Of a stretch of DNA of 64,000 bases, positions 8,122 to 17,384 are shown in pieces. The position numbers and the translations under genes were made by a program. Position 1 is the stretch's first letter, and every line of letters begins with the position of its first letter. The notes under the pieces were generated by a model. It was not told the origin of the DNA and did not search any database. It saw only the letters and a program-made list of their open reading frames with translations. This stretch comes from Myxococcota bacterium (GTDB taxonomy: Bacteria; Myxococcota_A; UBA9160; UBA4427), in NCBI GenBank assembly GCA_029268645.1, contig JAQWNI010000094.1, positions 6,809 through 70,808 of the forward strand, read 5' to 3'.

Positions 8122-10977
8122 CTATCGCCCTCTCGCTTGAGTCTGGCCGCCTGACTCCGATTCACTGCCCGTCGGATCATGACGGCGCGCCGATGCAGCT
8201 GCCGACTTCCTCGCCGCTCGCTGAGCAGCCCCCTTTTTCGAAGAGGCCTTCTTGCGGGCAGCTTTCTTTCGTTTCGCTTTCTTCTTGGCTGCTTTCTTCT
8301 TCGCCGCTTTCTTCTTCGCCGCTTTCTTCTTTCGGGCCACCTTTTTCTCGGGCACTTCCTCGACCCATCCGTCTTCTCGGAAGAAAGCACGCCAACCAGT
8401 AGCCTTTCCGTCCAACTCGCTCATCACGTATTGCTCTCGGGTCTTTCGAGCAAAACGAACGGCCGCAGGGTTGCCATCCGGATCTTGGAGCGGCGCCTCA
8501 GCCAGAAATTTGTACTTTTCGTCGAGCTGCGACGCAACGCTTCTGATTTCCCGAACCAACGGAGCACGCGTCTCACGATGCTTAGGGAATTGACTGGCTG
8601 CGAGAAAAATCCCAGCCGCTCCGTCACGGAGCAAGAAAAAATCGTCGCACTTTTCGCAGCGAAGATCCGGCATGGGGATCGGGTCGACCTTGGGTGGGGC
8701 CGGCTGACCATTCCGGAGTAGTTTTCGAGTGTTTTTGCAGGCTTCGGACGTACAACCGAAGTATTTGCCAAATCGGCCCGACTTCAGCTGCATCTCCGCA
8801 CCGCATTTGTCGCATTCCAGAACAGGGCCGTCGTAACCCTTGATGACGAAAGTACCCTTTTCGACGACAAATCCGTCACAGTCAGGGTTATTTCCACAAA
8901 CGTGAAGCTTGCGGCCCTCATCGATCAGATAGCTGTCCATTGACGTCTGACACTTGGGACAACGCCTGCGTTCAAGCAAGAGACGCGCTTCGCTCTCTTC
9001 CTGATCATCGGCGTCGGCGCTGACAGCCTCGTCTCCGGCCGTCAAGTTAATCGTGCTTTTACACCGCTCTTTCGGAGGCAGCGCATAGCCAGAGCACCCC
9101 AAAAAAACTCCGGTCGAAGCTGTACGAATCTGAAGCAGTCGACCGCAACTCGGGCAAGGGATATCGGTACCGGTCGGCGCGTTGCTACGCATTCCAGTCT
9201 CATCGTGAGCCGCGGCATCCAATTTCTTTTGAAAATCGGAGTAGAACAGCTTCAGAACCGATTTCCAATCGGCCTCTCCCAAGGCGATTTTATCAAGGGC
9301 CTCTTCCAACCCTGCCGTAAACCCGTAGTCCATCAGGTCTTGGAAATTTTCCGTCAACCGCTCTGTGACAATCTCGCCAATCTTTTCTGCATAGAAACGA
9401 CGATTTTCGACTCTCGCGTAACCTCGATCTTGGATCGTCGAAATAATCGATGCGTAGGTAGACGGCCGTCCGATTCCGCGTTTCTCCAGCTCTTTGACCA
9501 AGCTGGCTTCACTAAAACGCGGCGGCGGCTTGGTAAAATGCTGGATCGGGTCAAAGTCCTGAATCGTGAGCACATCGCCCACCTGCACATCCGGCAACGG
9601 GGGGTTCTTCTCTGATTTTCCGGACGGTTTCTCGACTTTCGTATAGCCGTCAAAAACCAAGATACGGCCACGGGTTCGCAACTCGAAGTCATCCACGCGA
9701 AGTACGATCGTCGTACTCAAGTATTCGGCAGGCGGCATCTGGCACGCCACGAAGCGGTTCCAGATCAAATCGTAGAGACGTTCTTGGTCTCGCTCTAAAC
9801 TAGGAATCGTACCGGGCTGCAAATGAACATCCGAGGGACGAATCGCTTCGTGGGCCTCCTGCGCTCCGTCTCGACTCGAATAGGAAAGAGCCTGGTCAGG
9901 CAGATATCGAGCCCCATATGCCTGATCGATATGCGCGCGGCAGGCTTCAACCGCCTCGGACGACAAATTCGTCGAATCGGTCCGCATGTAGGTGATGTGG
10001 CCCGCTTCGTAGAGCCGCTGCGCCAACATCATCGTCTTCTTTACGCTGAAACCCAAACGGGTACTTGCGGCCTGTTGAAGCGTCGACGTAATAAAGGGTG
10101 CAGACGGACGCGTCTTCGTCGGCTTGTCGTTTCGCTCGGCAATCTCGAAGGCGTGGGGGCGGAGACGCTCCACCGCCGCCAGCGTAGTCGCCTCGTTGGT
10201 CGGCCGAAACTCTTCGCCGGCCTCCTTGACGACCTGAAGCCGCAGCGGATCCCCATTTGAGCTGGCCACATCCGCGAAAAGTTCCCAATACTCCTCAGGA
10301 ATGAAGGCGTGAATCTCACGTTCTCGCTCTACCAATAGCCGAACGGCCACCGACTGAACTCGACCCGCGGAAAGGCCACGCGCCACCTTGGACCACAGCA
10401 AGGGCGACAGCATGTAGCCCACTACTCGATCCAAAAAACGCCTCGCCTGCTGGGCGTTAACTCGCGACATATCGAGGTCGCCCGGCTCCTCAAAGGCCTG
10501 CTGGATGGCCGGGCGAGTGATTTCATTGAACACCACGCGTTTAAAACGAGAATCGTCGCCGCCAATCACCTCGCGAAGATGCCAAGCGATAGCCTCCCCT
10601 TCCCGGTCGAGGTCCGTCGCGAGGTAAATTGAGTCGGCTCCCTTGGCAAGCTTTTTAAGCTCGGTGACAACCTTCTCTTTCCCGGGAAGAATCTCGTAGT
10701 TCGCTTTCCACCCCTTGGCGGGATCGATCCCCATCCTGGCAATCAAGGCGCGGCGGGCCCTCTTCCGCTTATGGGCCGCCCGTTTTGCAGGGGGGAGTTT
10801 ACGGGTCTCCGCAGCTGCCTTGGCCCGGGCAGTGGGGTCCACCTTTTTTCCTGAGCCGGAAACGGGTAAATCGCGGATGTGCCCCACACTGGACTTCACC
10901 ACGAAATCCTTGCCGAGGTATTTATTGATCGTCCGGGCCTTTGCCGGGGACTCCACGATGACGAGCGATTTGGCCAT
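8122..10977 (-). CDS. topA: DNA topoisomerase I with four C-terminal Cys4-type zinc ribbons and a Lys/Ala-rich basic tail
   Basis: [38 protein letters not shown] (Toprim domain), and YITYMRTDS containing the active-site Tyr. CPSCG.../CPKCQ.../CDKCG.../CEKCD ribbons. Tail [34 protein letters not shown] set the start at the ATG at 10977; the track ORF extends to 11220. Confidence 0.95.
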   Translation of the reverse strand: MAKSLVIVESPAKARTINKYLGKDFVVKSSVGHIRDLPVSGSGKKVDPTARAKAAAETRKLPPAKRAAHKRKRARRALIARMGIDPAKGWKANYEILPGKEKVVTELKKLAKGADSIYLATDLDREGEAIAWHLREVIGGDDSRFKRVVFNEITRPAIQQAFEEPGDLDMSRVNAQQARRFLDRVVGYMLSPLLWSKVARGLSAGRVQSVAVRLLVEREREIHAFIPEEYWELFADVASSNGDPLRLQVVKEAGEEFRPTNEATTLAAVERLRPHAFEIAERNDKPTKTRPSAPFITSTLQQAASTRLGFSVKKTMMLAQRLYEAGHITYMRTDSTNLSSEAVEACRAHIDQAYGARYLPDQALSYSSRDGAQEAHEAIRPSDVHLQPGTIPSLERDQERLYDLIWNRFVACQMPPAEYLSTTIVLRVDDFELRTRGRILVFDGYTKVEKPSGKSEKNPPLPDVQVGDVLTIQDFDPIQHFTKPPPRFSEASLVKELEKRGIGRPSTYASIISTIQDRGYARVENRRFYAEKIGEIVTERLTENFQDLMDYGFTAGLEEALDKIALGEADWKSVLKLFYSDFQKKLDAAAHDETGMRSNAPTGTDIPCPSCGRLLQIRTASTGVFLGCSGYALPPKERCKSTINLTAGDEAVSADADDQEESEARLLLERRRCPKCQTSMDSYLIDEGRKLHVCGNNPDCDGFVVEKGTFVIKGYDGPVLECDKCGAEMQLKSGRFGKYFGCTSEACKNTRKLLRNGQPAPPKVDPIPMPDLRCEKCDDFFLLRDGAAGIFLAASQFPKHRETRAPLVREIRSVASQLDEKYKFLAEAPLQDPDGNPAAVRFARKTREQYVMSELDGKATGWRAFFREDGWVEEVPEKKVARKKKAAKKKAAKKKAAKKKAKRKKAARKKASSKKGAAQRAARKSAAASARRHDPTGSESESGGQTQARGR
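8273..8332 (-). repeat. 15-bp tandem repeat (4 copies) inside topA, encoding (K-K-K-A-A)n
   Basis: The + strand reads tcgctttcttcttg / gctgctttcttcttc / gccgctttcttcttc / gccgctttcttcttt. More degenerate copies flank it. Confidence 0.7.
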
Positions 10978-11374
10978 GATTCCTCTTCGACCCTGAGCGG
11001 CCATCGGATGGCTGCGGGGCTGACTTGAGACTCCTAAGGCGCAGGACACTGGGACCTGCCCCCTGAAGCGCGACCCAATTAGCACAAACCGCCCCGCCGA
11101 GCGCAAGTCTCCCCGAGGGCATCTGCCAAAAGGCCCCTTAAAACCTGCTTGAGTCTCCGCGTGCGACTTTTCCCTGGGGGTCCATGCGTGCATGCACGTC
11201 ATCAAAGAGGCGCGAGCCAAGAATGACGGGTCTTCCCCCCAACCAGATCACAGCGGATTCCTGACTCGGACGCGGACCGCGCCCATCATTTGCTCCGCCT
11301 CGGATCATCCGCCACTCTGCTGTGCGCACGCCAAGTCATGCTCCCTCACTCGCCCTCCTGCAAGGAAGCTCCTC

Positions 11375-12352
11375 ATGGCCCAGTTAATCGGCAAACTCGT
11401 TCCCGATGACGACTACACCCACCCACTCGGGCCTGAACCCAATTTCAACGAAAGCATGTACTTCAATTTTTTTGACCCGGACCGTCAGATCGGGGGCTTC
11501 GTTCGCCTCGGCAATCGGGCGAACGAAGGGCGAGCCGAGATGACGGTTTGCCTATTTATGCCCGATGGCCGGGTTCTTTTTAACTTCAAACGAGCCCCCA
11601 TCGAGAACAATGAAAAATTTGATGCCGGCGGTCTCCAATTTGAAGTCCTCGAACCCACCGAACGTCTACGAACTGTTTACGTTGGTCGGGCCTCCATGCT
11701 CGATGACGCAAGAAGCATGGCGGATCCATCTCGAGCATTTCGAGAAAGCCCCCGCTGTGACCTCACAATCAACCTTGAGCATTTTGCAGCCGGACCCATG
11801 TACGGCGGCGCGAAAGACCGGGAAGAGTCCAAACGCGATGCCGAAAAACAGTTCGGCAAAGCTCACTACGAGCAGCACATGGCCGTCCGGGGCGAAATTT
11901 TGCTCGACGGAAACTCTCTTCCCTTCTCAGGCTTCGGCCTGCGAGATCACTCCTGGGGCCCGCGTCACTGGCAGGCCCTTCACGCATATGAATGGTTGAC
12001 TATGAATTTTGGCCCCCACTTCGGAGCCATGATCTCTGTGATTCAACGCGAGGCCGGAGGGGAAGCCCGTCGCGGAGGAGTCTTAATTCGAGACGGCCAA
12101 ATGGATCTGATTCGGGACGTCCAAATCGAAATCGAATACGAGGAGAATGGCCTCTATCACCGATCTCTCCAAGTTCAAATCGAAACCACATCCGGCGAGA
12201 AACTCGAAATCGATGGCGAAGTCAAGGGATTCATCCCCCTGCGCAACCGCCGGGACGGTCAGACAACCCACATCGGGGAAGGGATGACCGAGTGGAGATG
12301 CCAGAACCAAGTGGGCTTTGGCCTTTCGGAGCTTCTCCGGCAGGTCGACTAA
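11375..12352 (+). CDS. conserved hypothetical protein (family with YFN...RDHSWGPR...GFGLSE motifs)
   Basis: 325 aa, starting at ATG 11375 (MAQLIGKLVPDDDYTHPLGPEPNFNESMYFNFFD). It shares three short motifs with the ORF at 14331..15428. I recognised no catalytic signature. Confidence 0.6.
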   Translation: MAQLIGKLVPDDDYTHPLGPEPNFNESMYFNFFDPDRQIGGFVRLGNRANEGRAEMTVCLFMPDGRVLFNFKRAPIENNEKFDAGGLQFEVLEPTERLRTVYVGRASMLDDARSMADPSRAFRESPRCDLTINLEHFAAGPMYGGAKDREESKRDAEKQFGKAHYEQHMAVRGEILLDGNSLPFSGFGLRDHSWGPRHWQALHAYEWLTMNFGPHFGAMISVIQREAGGEARRGGVLIRDGQMDLIRDVQIEIEYEENGLYHRSLQVQIETTSGEKLEIDGEVKGFIPLRNRRDGQTTHIGEGMTEWRCQNQVGFGLSELLRQVD

Positions 12353-12389
12353 GCGCCAATCCCCAGTGCAGGCTCCGACAAGGAGATTC

Positions 12390-13079
12390 TCAATCTTCCT
12401 CTGCCGGAGTAAAAGCCATCGACTGCTCGGACCTGGGCGACAGCACCGCACGAATCGCGAATTCCATCACGTGCATGGCCTCTTCGACGGAGTAGCCCGA
12501 GTTGTGGCGCATATTGTCCCAGCTGCTCCACGAAGCAATCAGTGCAATCGATTCCACTGCTTGATGTTGAGCGGACCGATCGACCATACGGTCGATCTCT
12601 TGGGAAAAGACCCGTCGAATGCCCCGGCGGCGATTTTCCCGCAAACTGCCTAGAGCGGAAGTCAGGACCGGCGAAAACGGTTCATGCAGTCGAGACGCAC
12701 GCCGAATTGGCGTCATGGATTCGTTCAAGCCAGAGAGCTCTCGTAGATAACCATCAATGCGCTCACCCAGCGGACCTTCATCGGAGACAAATGCCATCCG
12801 ACGCACAATGCGCTCCCCGAGTCGATCTGCAGCAACACGAAATAGCGTATCCAGGTCTTCGAAATGCTGAAAAATCGTGCGTTCGGAAACGCCAGCTCGC
12901 TCCGCGATGGCCTTAGACGTCGGTCGCAGCTGGCCGGCCTCGATGAGACTCAGCAATGCTTCCGCAACAGCCTGACGGGTCCGATGAGCTCGAGCCGTTC
13001 GGCCGTCCGTCGGGGTTTTTTCCTCTTGCTCAACCCAGTCTCTCGGGTGCTTCTTTGCCGTAGGGTCCTCGCCAGTCAT
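12390..13079 (-). CDS. TetR/AcrR family transcriptional regulator
   Basis: HTH region: RTRQAVAEALLSLIEAGQLRPTSKAIAERAGVSERTIFQHFEDLDTLF. Start re-called to the ATG at 13079. Confidence 0.8.
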   Translation of the reverse strand: MTGEDPTAKKHPRDWVEQEEKTPTDGRTARAHRTRQAVAEALLSLIEAGQLRPTSKAIAERAGVSERTIFQHFEDLDTLFRVAADRLGERIVRRMAFVSDEGPLGERIDGYLRELSGLNESMTPIRRASRLHEPFSPVLTSALGSLRENRRRGIRRVFSQEIDRMVDRSAQHQAVESIALIASWSSWDNMRHNSGYSVEEAMHVMEFAIRAVLSPRSEQSMAFTPAEED

Positions 13080-13209
13080 GGGGCACAGTTTGGGACAAGC
13101 GACGGGGGCAGTGCAAGGCACGCTCTGAAAGTCCGCAGGCACCGTCGTGCCAAAACCCCCGGGGCCCACTTGACCCCCCCTTCTCCGCACCCGCAGGCAA
13201 GGGCGCTCA

Positions 13210-14286
13210 TCAGGCACCCACCGCATCGAGCACCGATTCGAGGACCGGGGTCGTAAAGTTCACCTGATCGATATCGGAGTCCTGGGGAACGGCCTCGTAG
13301 TGTTTCATCTGCTGGAAGACCCGAGCCATGATGACGGCGAAGCGCCAAGCAGAATAAATCTCATAGAAGGTGAAAAGACTTGCTGGCCGCCCCACCCGCT
13401 CTTCCCAACGCTCTCGCGTCGCGTCCGCATCGGGTAATCCTGGAAGCCGAGAGAGCCCCAACCCCTCAGTGAAAGCGCGGTCCGTCACAATAAACCAGGC
13501 CAAATCCGCCTCGGGGTTTCCCACAAAAACCATCTCCCAATCGATGACCGCCACGCAGCGAAAATCACGAAAGAGCTGATTGGAGATACGCGCATCGCCC
13601 CAACAGATCCCGGCGGGTTCTTGTCTCGGCGCATGGGCGATCAACCAATCTAGCCCGCGTGCGATCAGCCGGTACCGATTTCGATCGATGCCCCAATCGA
13701 TGTACCGCTGCCAGTAGGCCAACTGAGATTCAATGGCTGTTTGCTGTGGATCAGGTCGAGCAAGAAAGTCAAACCGGGGATCAGAGAGTTCTAAACGATG
13801 GACCTCGGCCATTGCATCCAGACCGCTGTACCAAAGCTGTTCTCGCTCTTCGTGCGAAGCATCGACCAACCAACCCTCAGCGTGGTACGGCGGACTATCC
13901 GAGGGAACCATCGCGTCCACACGCTCCATGATATAGAAAGGAGATCCCAGGGGCCCCGGGTCCTCCTCAAGCCAATGCATCCGAGGAACGGGGACAGCCG
14001 TATCCTCTAGGGCCTTCATCATTCTAAACTGAAGCGGAGCGTCGTACTCCGGAAATACACCGAATTCAGAGAGAGGCTCTAGGCGGGCCACCATTTCGCG
14101 TTCGACTCGTCGACCTTCTTGACTCATTTCCAAACAGAACATCAAGGTGTCGCTCGAAAAGCCCGTGTCCTTCGGGCCTCGCAAGTCCCGAACGACCACA
14201 CCCTCCGCCCCCGGCAGTTGCCTCGCGAGCCAAGCTTGCAGTTGCTCGGCTGTCTGTTGAAGATCTCGTCCCTTCGGTTGCGGCAT
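13210..14286 (-). CDS. phosphotransferase family protein (APH/choline-kinase-like fold)
   Basis: ICWGDARISNQLF is the Brenner-type catalytic loop in an H/W-G-D-x-x-x-x-N arrangement. AVIDWEMVFVGNPEADLAW is the DxD-type metal site. The size and layout match the acyl-CoA-dehydrogenase-associated APH-like kinases. Confidence 0.8.
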   Translation of the reverse strand: MPQPKGRDLQQTAEQLQAWLARQLPGAEGVVVRDLRGPKDTGFSSDTLMFCLEMSQEGRRVEREMVARLEPLSEFGVFPEYDAPLQFRMMKALEDTAVPVPRMHWLEEDPGPLGSPFYIMERVDAMVPSDSPPYHAEGWLVDASHEEREQLWYSGLDAMAEVHRLELSDPRFDFLARPDPQQTAIESQLAYWQRYIDWGIDRNRYRLIARGLDWLIAHAPRQEPAGICWGDARISNQLFRDFRCVAVIDWEMVFVGNPEADLAWFIVTDRAFTEGLGLSRLPGLPDADATRERWEERVGRPASLFTFYEIYSAWRFAVIMARVFQQMKHYEAVPQDSDIDQVNFTTPVLESVLDAVGA

Positions 14287-14330
14287 CGTCCCACTCCTTG
14301 CACTTAACGCATATCTTCACTTCTTCCGGC

Positions 14331-15428
14331 TCAGCTTTGCCCTTCTAAAAAGCCAGGAAGACCGTAACGATCAAAGGGACCGAAAAAACCATATTCATGA
14401 AGCCCGAAGCCGACCTCCTGACCGGTCTCAAATCGAGCGACGTTGTCACAAAGTCCCCAGAGCTTTTCTCGATCCTTTTCGACATCCAAGAGTAGACCCT
14501 GGACCACGAGATCACCTTGATACATGCCATGACGCCAGTCCGGGTCGAAGCCGTAACCCGTCCCGATCCCCACATAGCATTCCAGCAGTGGCGTCACTTG
14601 AACTTCAAATCCGCCGCCCGGCGCATCGGGAAATGAAAGAACAGAATGTTCGACCCTGCGAGTCCCTGGTTCGAAGTGGTGCTCATGATCAGGCCTGCCT
14701 AGCCACTCGGACCCCCGACTGGCATCGTGCCAAATTCGAACAGCCTCCTCCATGACTCGGGTTCCATCGTTGGACTCTTGGACAATATAAAGAAGGCTCC
14801 ATTCGTCGAATTGCATCGGGGCATAGTTCCACATCCCCTCGAGCTGTCTCTCGTCCCGGCGAATGCCGGAAGGCTCCGCTTCACCCACGGGCCGGATCCC
14901 CCAAGAGCGATCACGTGTGCCCCAAAATCGATCCGGTGTCACCTGAATTTCTTCGCCTTCAATATTCAAGGTTCCCGTCCAATAGCCTGTTTGTGCGAAG
15001 CGCATCGTGTCGAAGAGAACTCGTCCATACTTACGGATATAGTGCCGGGGCTCCTCAAAGGCGGGCATCGCGCCCTCCCAACGTAGATCCGCAGAAACAC
15101 CATGCTCGTTGTCCTCGATCAGAAAACGCAAAGCGCGTAGACCTTCGACGACTTCGACTCGAAACGGACCGACCCGGGTGTCCATCCTGTCCTCCAAGGT
15201 CCTCGAGCCCCGGACCACCTGGTGCTTGCGACCACGACGAACAACCGCGAAAGCATCCTGAACCCCCAGGTTGGGGTACTGGCCCATCCCCATCACCATA
15301 AACAACTCGTCGCTGCACCCGTGAAGATTGAAGTAATAGCGATCGTAAAAATTGCGATCACTGGTTCCCACGTGGCGAATCGTCTCCGATACTTGATGAA
15401 GCGGATAGTCATCCATCGATGAAAGCAT
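14331..15428 (-). CDS. conserved hypothetical protein, distant paralog of 11375..12352
   Basis: 365 aa, starting at ATG 15428 (MLSSMDDYPLHQV). Motifs DRYYFNLHG, GTRDRSWGIRPV and VGFGLHEYG parallel those in the 11375 gene. Confidence 0.6.
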   Translation of the reverse strand: MLSSMDDYPLHQVSETIRHVGTSDRNFYDRYYFNLHGCSDELFMVMGMGQYPNLGVQDAFAVVRRGRKHQVVRGSRTLEDRMDTRVGPFRVEVVEGLRALRFLIEDNEHGVSADLRWEGAMPAFEEPRHYIRKYGRVLFDTMRFAQTGYWTGTLNIEGEEIQVTPDRFWGTRDRSWGIRPVGEAEPSGIRRDERQLEGMWNYAPMQFDEWSLLYIVQESNDGTRVMEEAVRIWHDASRGSEWLGRPDHEHHFEPGTRRVEHSVLSFPDAPGGGFEVQVTPLLECYVGIGTGYGFDPDWRHGMYQGDLVVQGLLLDVEKDREKLWGLCDNVARFETGQEVGFGLHEYGFFGPFDRYGLPGFLEGQS

Positions 15429-15704
15429 CGACCCCTCCCTCGCTGATAAGCCGCCAAGCGAGATCTGGAAAAAAATAGAGACCCGTCCGACGGCAAAATC
15501 ACAAGGTATCGACTGCGCGGGTTTCTTGTCGCTGCTCGGGACCAAAGCGGCTAGACTCCGGCGCCTTCCAAGGGGCGTCGCATTACCCCTGGGGGATTTT
15601 TAATCAGACCCTGAGGCGCAGGTCCGCTCACCTCGCCGCACCCCCCGGCTGAGCCCGATGGGGCCTGCGATCGTGACCGGCTTGCGCGGGAGACGATCGT
15701 TCCA

Positions 15705-17384
15705 GTGAGCGAACAGGCCCATTCAAACCGATTTAGGCTCGGCAACCCTCTCGCCCTTAACCAGCCGGTGAGCAAGAAGTCATCGAACCTCTCCACCGGC
15801 GAGAGCCTCTACGACGAGGCCCTGCGGCTCGGCGAAGAGCTGAATCAACGTCCGTTGCTGGGCGGCGGTGTCGACCGAGTCCGCACCCAACACGCCAAAG
15901 GCCGGATGACGGTCTGGGAACGCATCAAAGTTCTCACCGAGGAAGAGCCGAATATTCTCTTCCGCAACTGGGGCCCGAGCCTCGATGGCGCTTCAATCGT
16001 GACGGGGATCCTCAACATTGGAGGACGCGACGTCGCGGTCTACGGACACGACTTCACCGTCCGAGCTGGGTCCATGGATGCCACCAATGGAGCCAAACTC
16101 GCGCGCCTGCTTTACATGGCCGGCGAAAACGGCATCCCTCTGATCGGAATGAACGACTCGGCCGGCGCCTTCGTGCCGGCGGGCGTGGGCGGACTCGACG
16201 GCTACAGCGAGGCCTTCACAGCACTGCGGAAGATCAGTGGCCTGGTGCCCAGCATCAGTCTGATGTTTGGCTACAACGCGGGAGGCGGCGCGTACTTACC
16301 TCGCCAAGGCTCATTCATGATTCAATGTGAGGACACTTTCATTGGCCTCACAGGCCCGGGGGTCGTCAAGTCAGTTCTTGGCGAAACAGTGAGCGCCGAC
16401 GATCTCGGGGGGCCCGGCGTTCACGGTCTCAGCGGCGTTTGCGATCTCACAACCAAGGACGAGCTCGGTTCACTGAGAACAGCTCTTCGACTACTTCAGT
16501 ATCTCCCGGACAACAATCGCTCCCTCGCACCCTTTGCGGCGACTTCCGACCCGGTGGACTGCCATAACTTTGAAGAGGATTTGCTCTTCCGGCGAACCTT
16601 CGCGTCACCCGCCGGAATGAATGCCCCAATGGATATCACGCTATACCTCCAGCAAATTGCGGACTATGGCGAGTTTTTCGAACTGCAGCCGCAACGAGCT
16701 CGCAACCTCGTCACGGCCTTTGGCCGTCTTGGCGGTCACGTTGTTGGATTCGTCGCGAACAACTCCGCAGTGGCTTCGGGTCAAATCGACGTTGACGCGG
16801 CCTTGAAGGGCACGCGCTTCATCCGGTTTTGCAACGTCTACAACATCCCGCTGATTTTCATCGAAGACGTGTCCGGCTTCATGCCTGGAACAGAGCAAGA
16901 GCATCGTGGCATCATTCTAGCCGGCCGAAAATTACTTGATTCGATCATTGACGTCCGAACACCGCGAATGACCATGATTATCCGTAACGCGATCGGAGGC
17001 GCCTACGCGTGCTGGAATTCTTACTTCACCGGTGCAGACCGGGTTTTCGCCATGCCGATGGCGCGGATCGCCGTAATGGGACCAGCGGGAACCGAGTTCG
17101 TCTACAAGGACCAAATTCGCGAAATCAGCCAGCAATACCATTCGGCCATCGAGCGAGGTGCGTCCGAAATCGAGGCGGCCTCAGCCCGCGATGCCGCCTT
17201 GGCAGGTCTCTCCGACCAGTACGAGAGTGAGATCATGAATCCAAAAGAGGCGCTGTCTCTTGGCTCTGTCTCAAGCTTGGTCATGCCCGGAGAGAGCCGG
17301 CGTGTCCTTGCGCAAAACCTCGATTATTTGATGCGTCACTACACCCCCGAGCCCATGAGCGGCGTACAGCGGGAGCACGAGTAA
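15705..17384 (+). CDS. acyl-CoA carboxylase carboxyltransferase subunit (PccB / methylmalonyl-CoA carboxyltransferase-like)
   Basis: 559 aa with a GTG start. Motifs: [49 protein letters not shown], and a second half with [12 protein letters not shown]. The stop overlaps the next gene's ATG (TAATG). Confidence 0.9.
   Translation: MSEQAHSNRFRLGNPLALNQPVSKKSSNLSTGESLYDEALRLGEELNQRPLLGGGVDRVRTQHAKGRMTVWERIKVLTEEEPNILFRNWGPSLDGASIVTGILNIGGRDVAVYGHDFTVRAGSMDATNGAKLARLLYMAGENGIPLIGMNDSAGAFVPAGVGGLDGYSEAFTALRKISGLVPSISLMFGYNAGGGAYLPRQGSFMIQCEDTFIGLTGPGVVKSVLGETVSADDLGGPGVHGLSGVCDLTTKDELGSLRTALRLLQYLPDNNRSLAPFAATSDPVDCHNFEEDLLFRRTFASPAGMNAPMDITLYLQQIADYGEFFELQPQRARNLVTAFGRLGGHVVGFVANNSAVASGQIDVDAALKGTRFIRFCNVYNIPLIFIEDVSGFMPGTEQEHRGIILAGRKLLDSIIDVRTPRMTMIIRNAIGGAYACWNSYFTGADRVFAMPMARIAVMGPAGTEFVYKDQIREISQQYHSAIERGASEIEAASARDAALAGLSDQYESEIMNPKEALSLGSVSSLVMPGESRRVLAQNLDYLMRHYTPEPMSGVQREHE

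Noticed and set aside
8250-8340. Short direct repeats considered as a possible CRISPR or minisatellite.
   Set aside because: The units are contiguous 15-mers with no spacers. They are in frame within topA and encode the KKKAA tail.
11187-11198. A perfect 12-bp palindrome, cgtgcatgcacg, in the topA upstream region.
   Set aside because: A 6+6 palindrome is expected by chance roughly a dozen times in 64 kb, and I recognise no known motif in it.
10978-11374. N-terminal extensions of topA (to 11220) and of the neighbouring + strand ORF (from 11192), which overlap each other.
   Set aside because: The conserved N-termini ([14 protein letters not shown]; MAQLIGKLVPDDDY) begin at internal ATGs. The extensions are Arg/Pro-rich and mutually overlapping. 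The region is better explained as a roughly 400-bp divergent promoter region.
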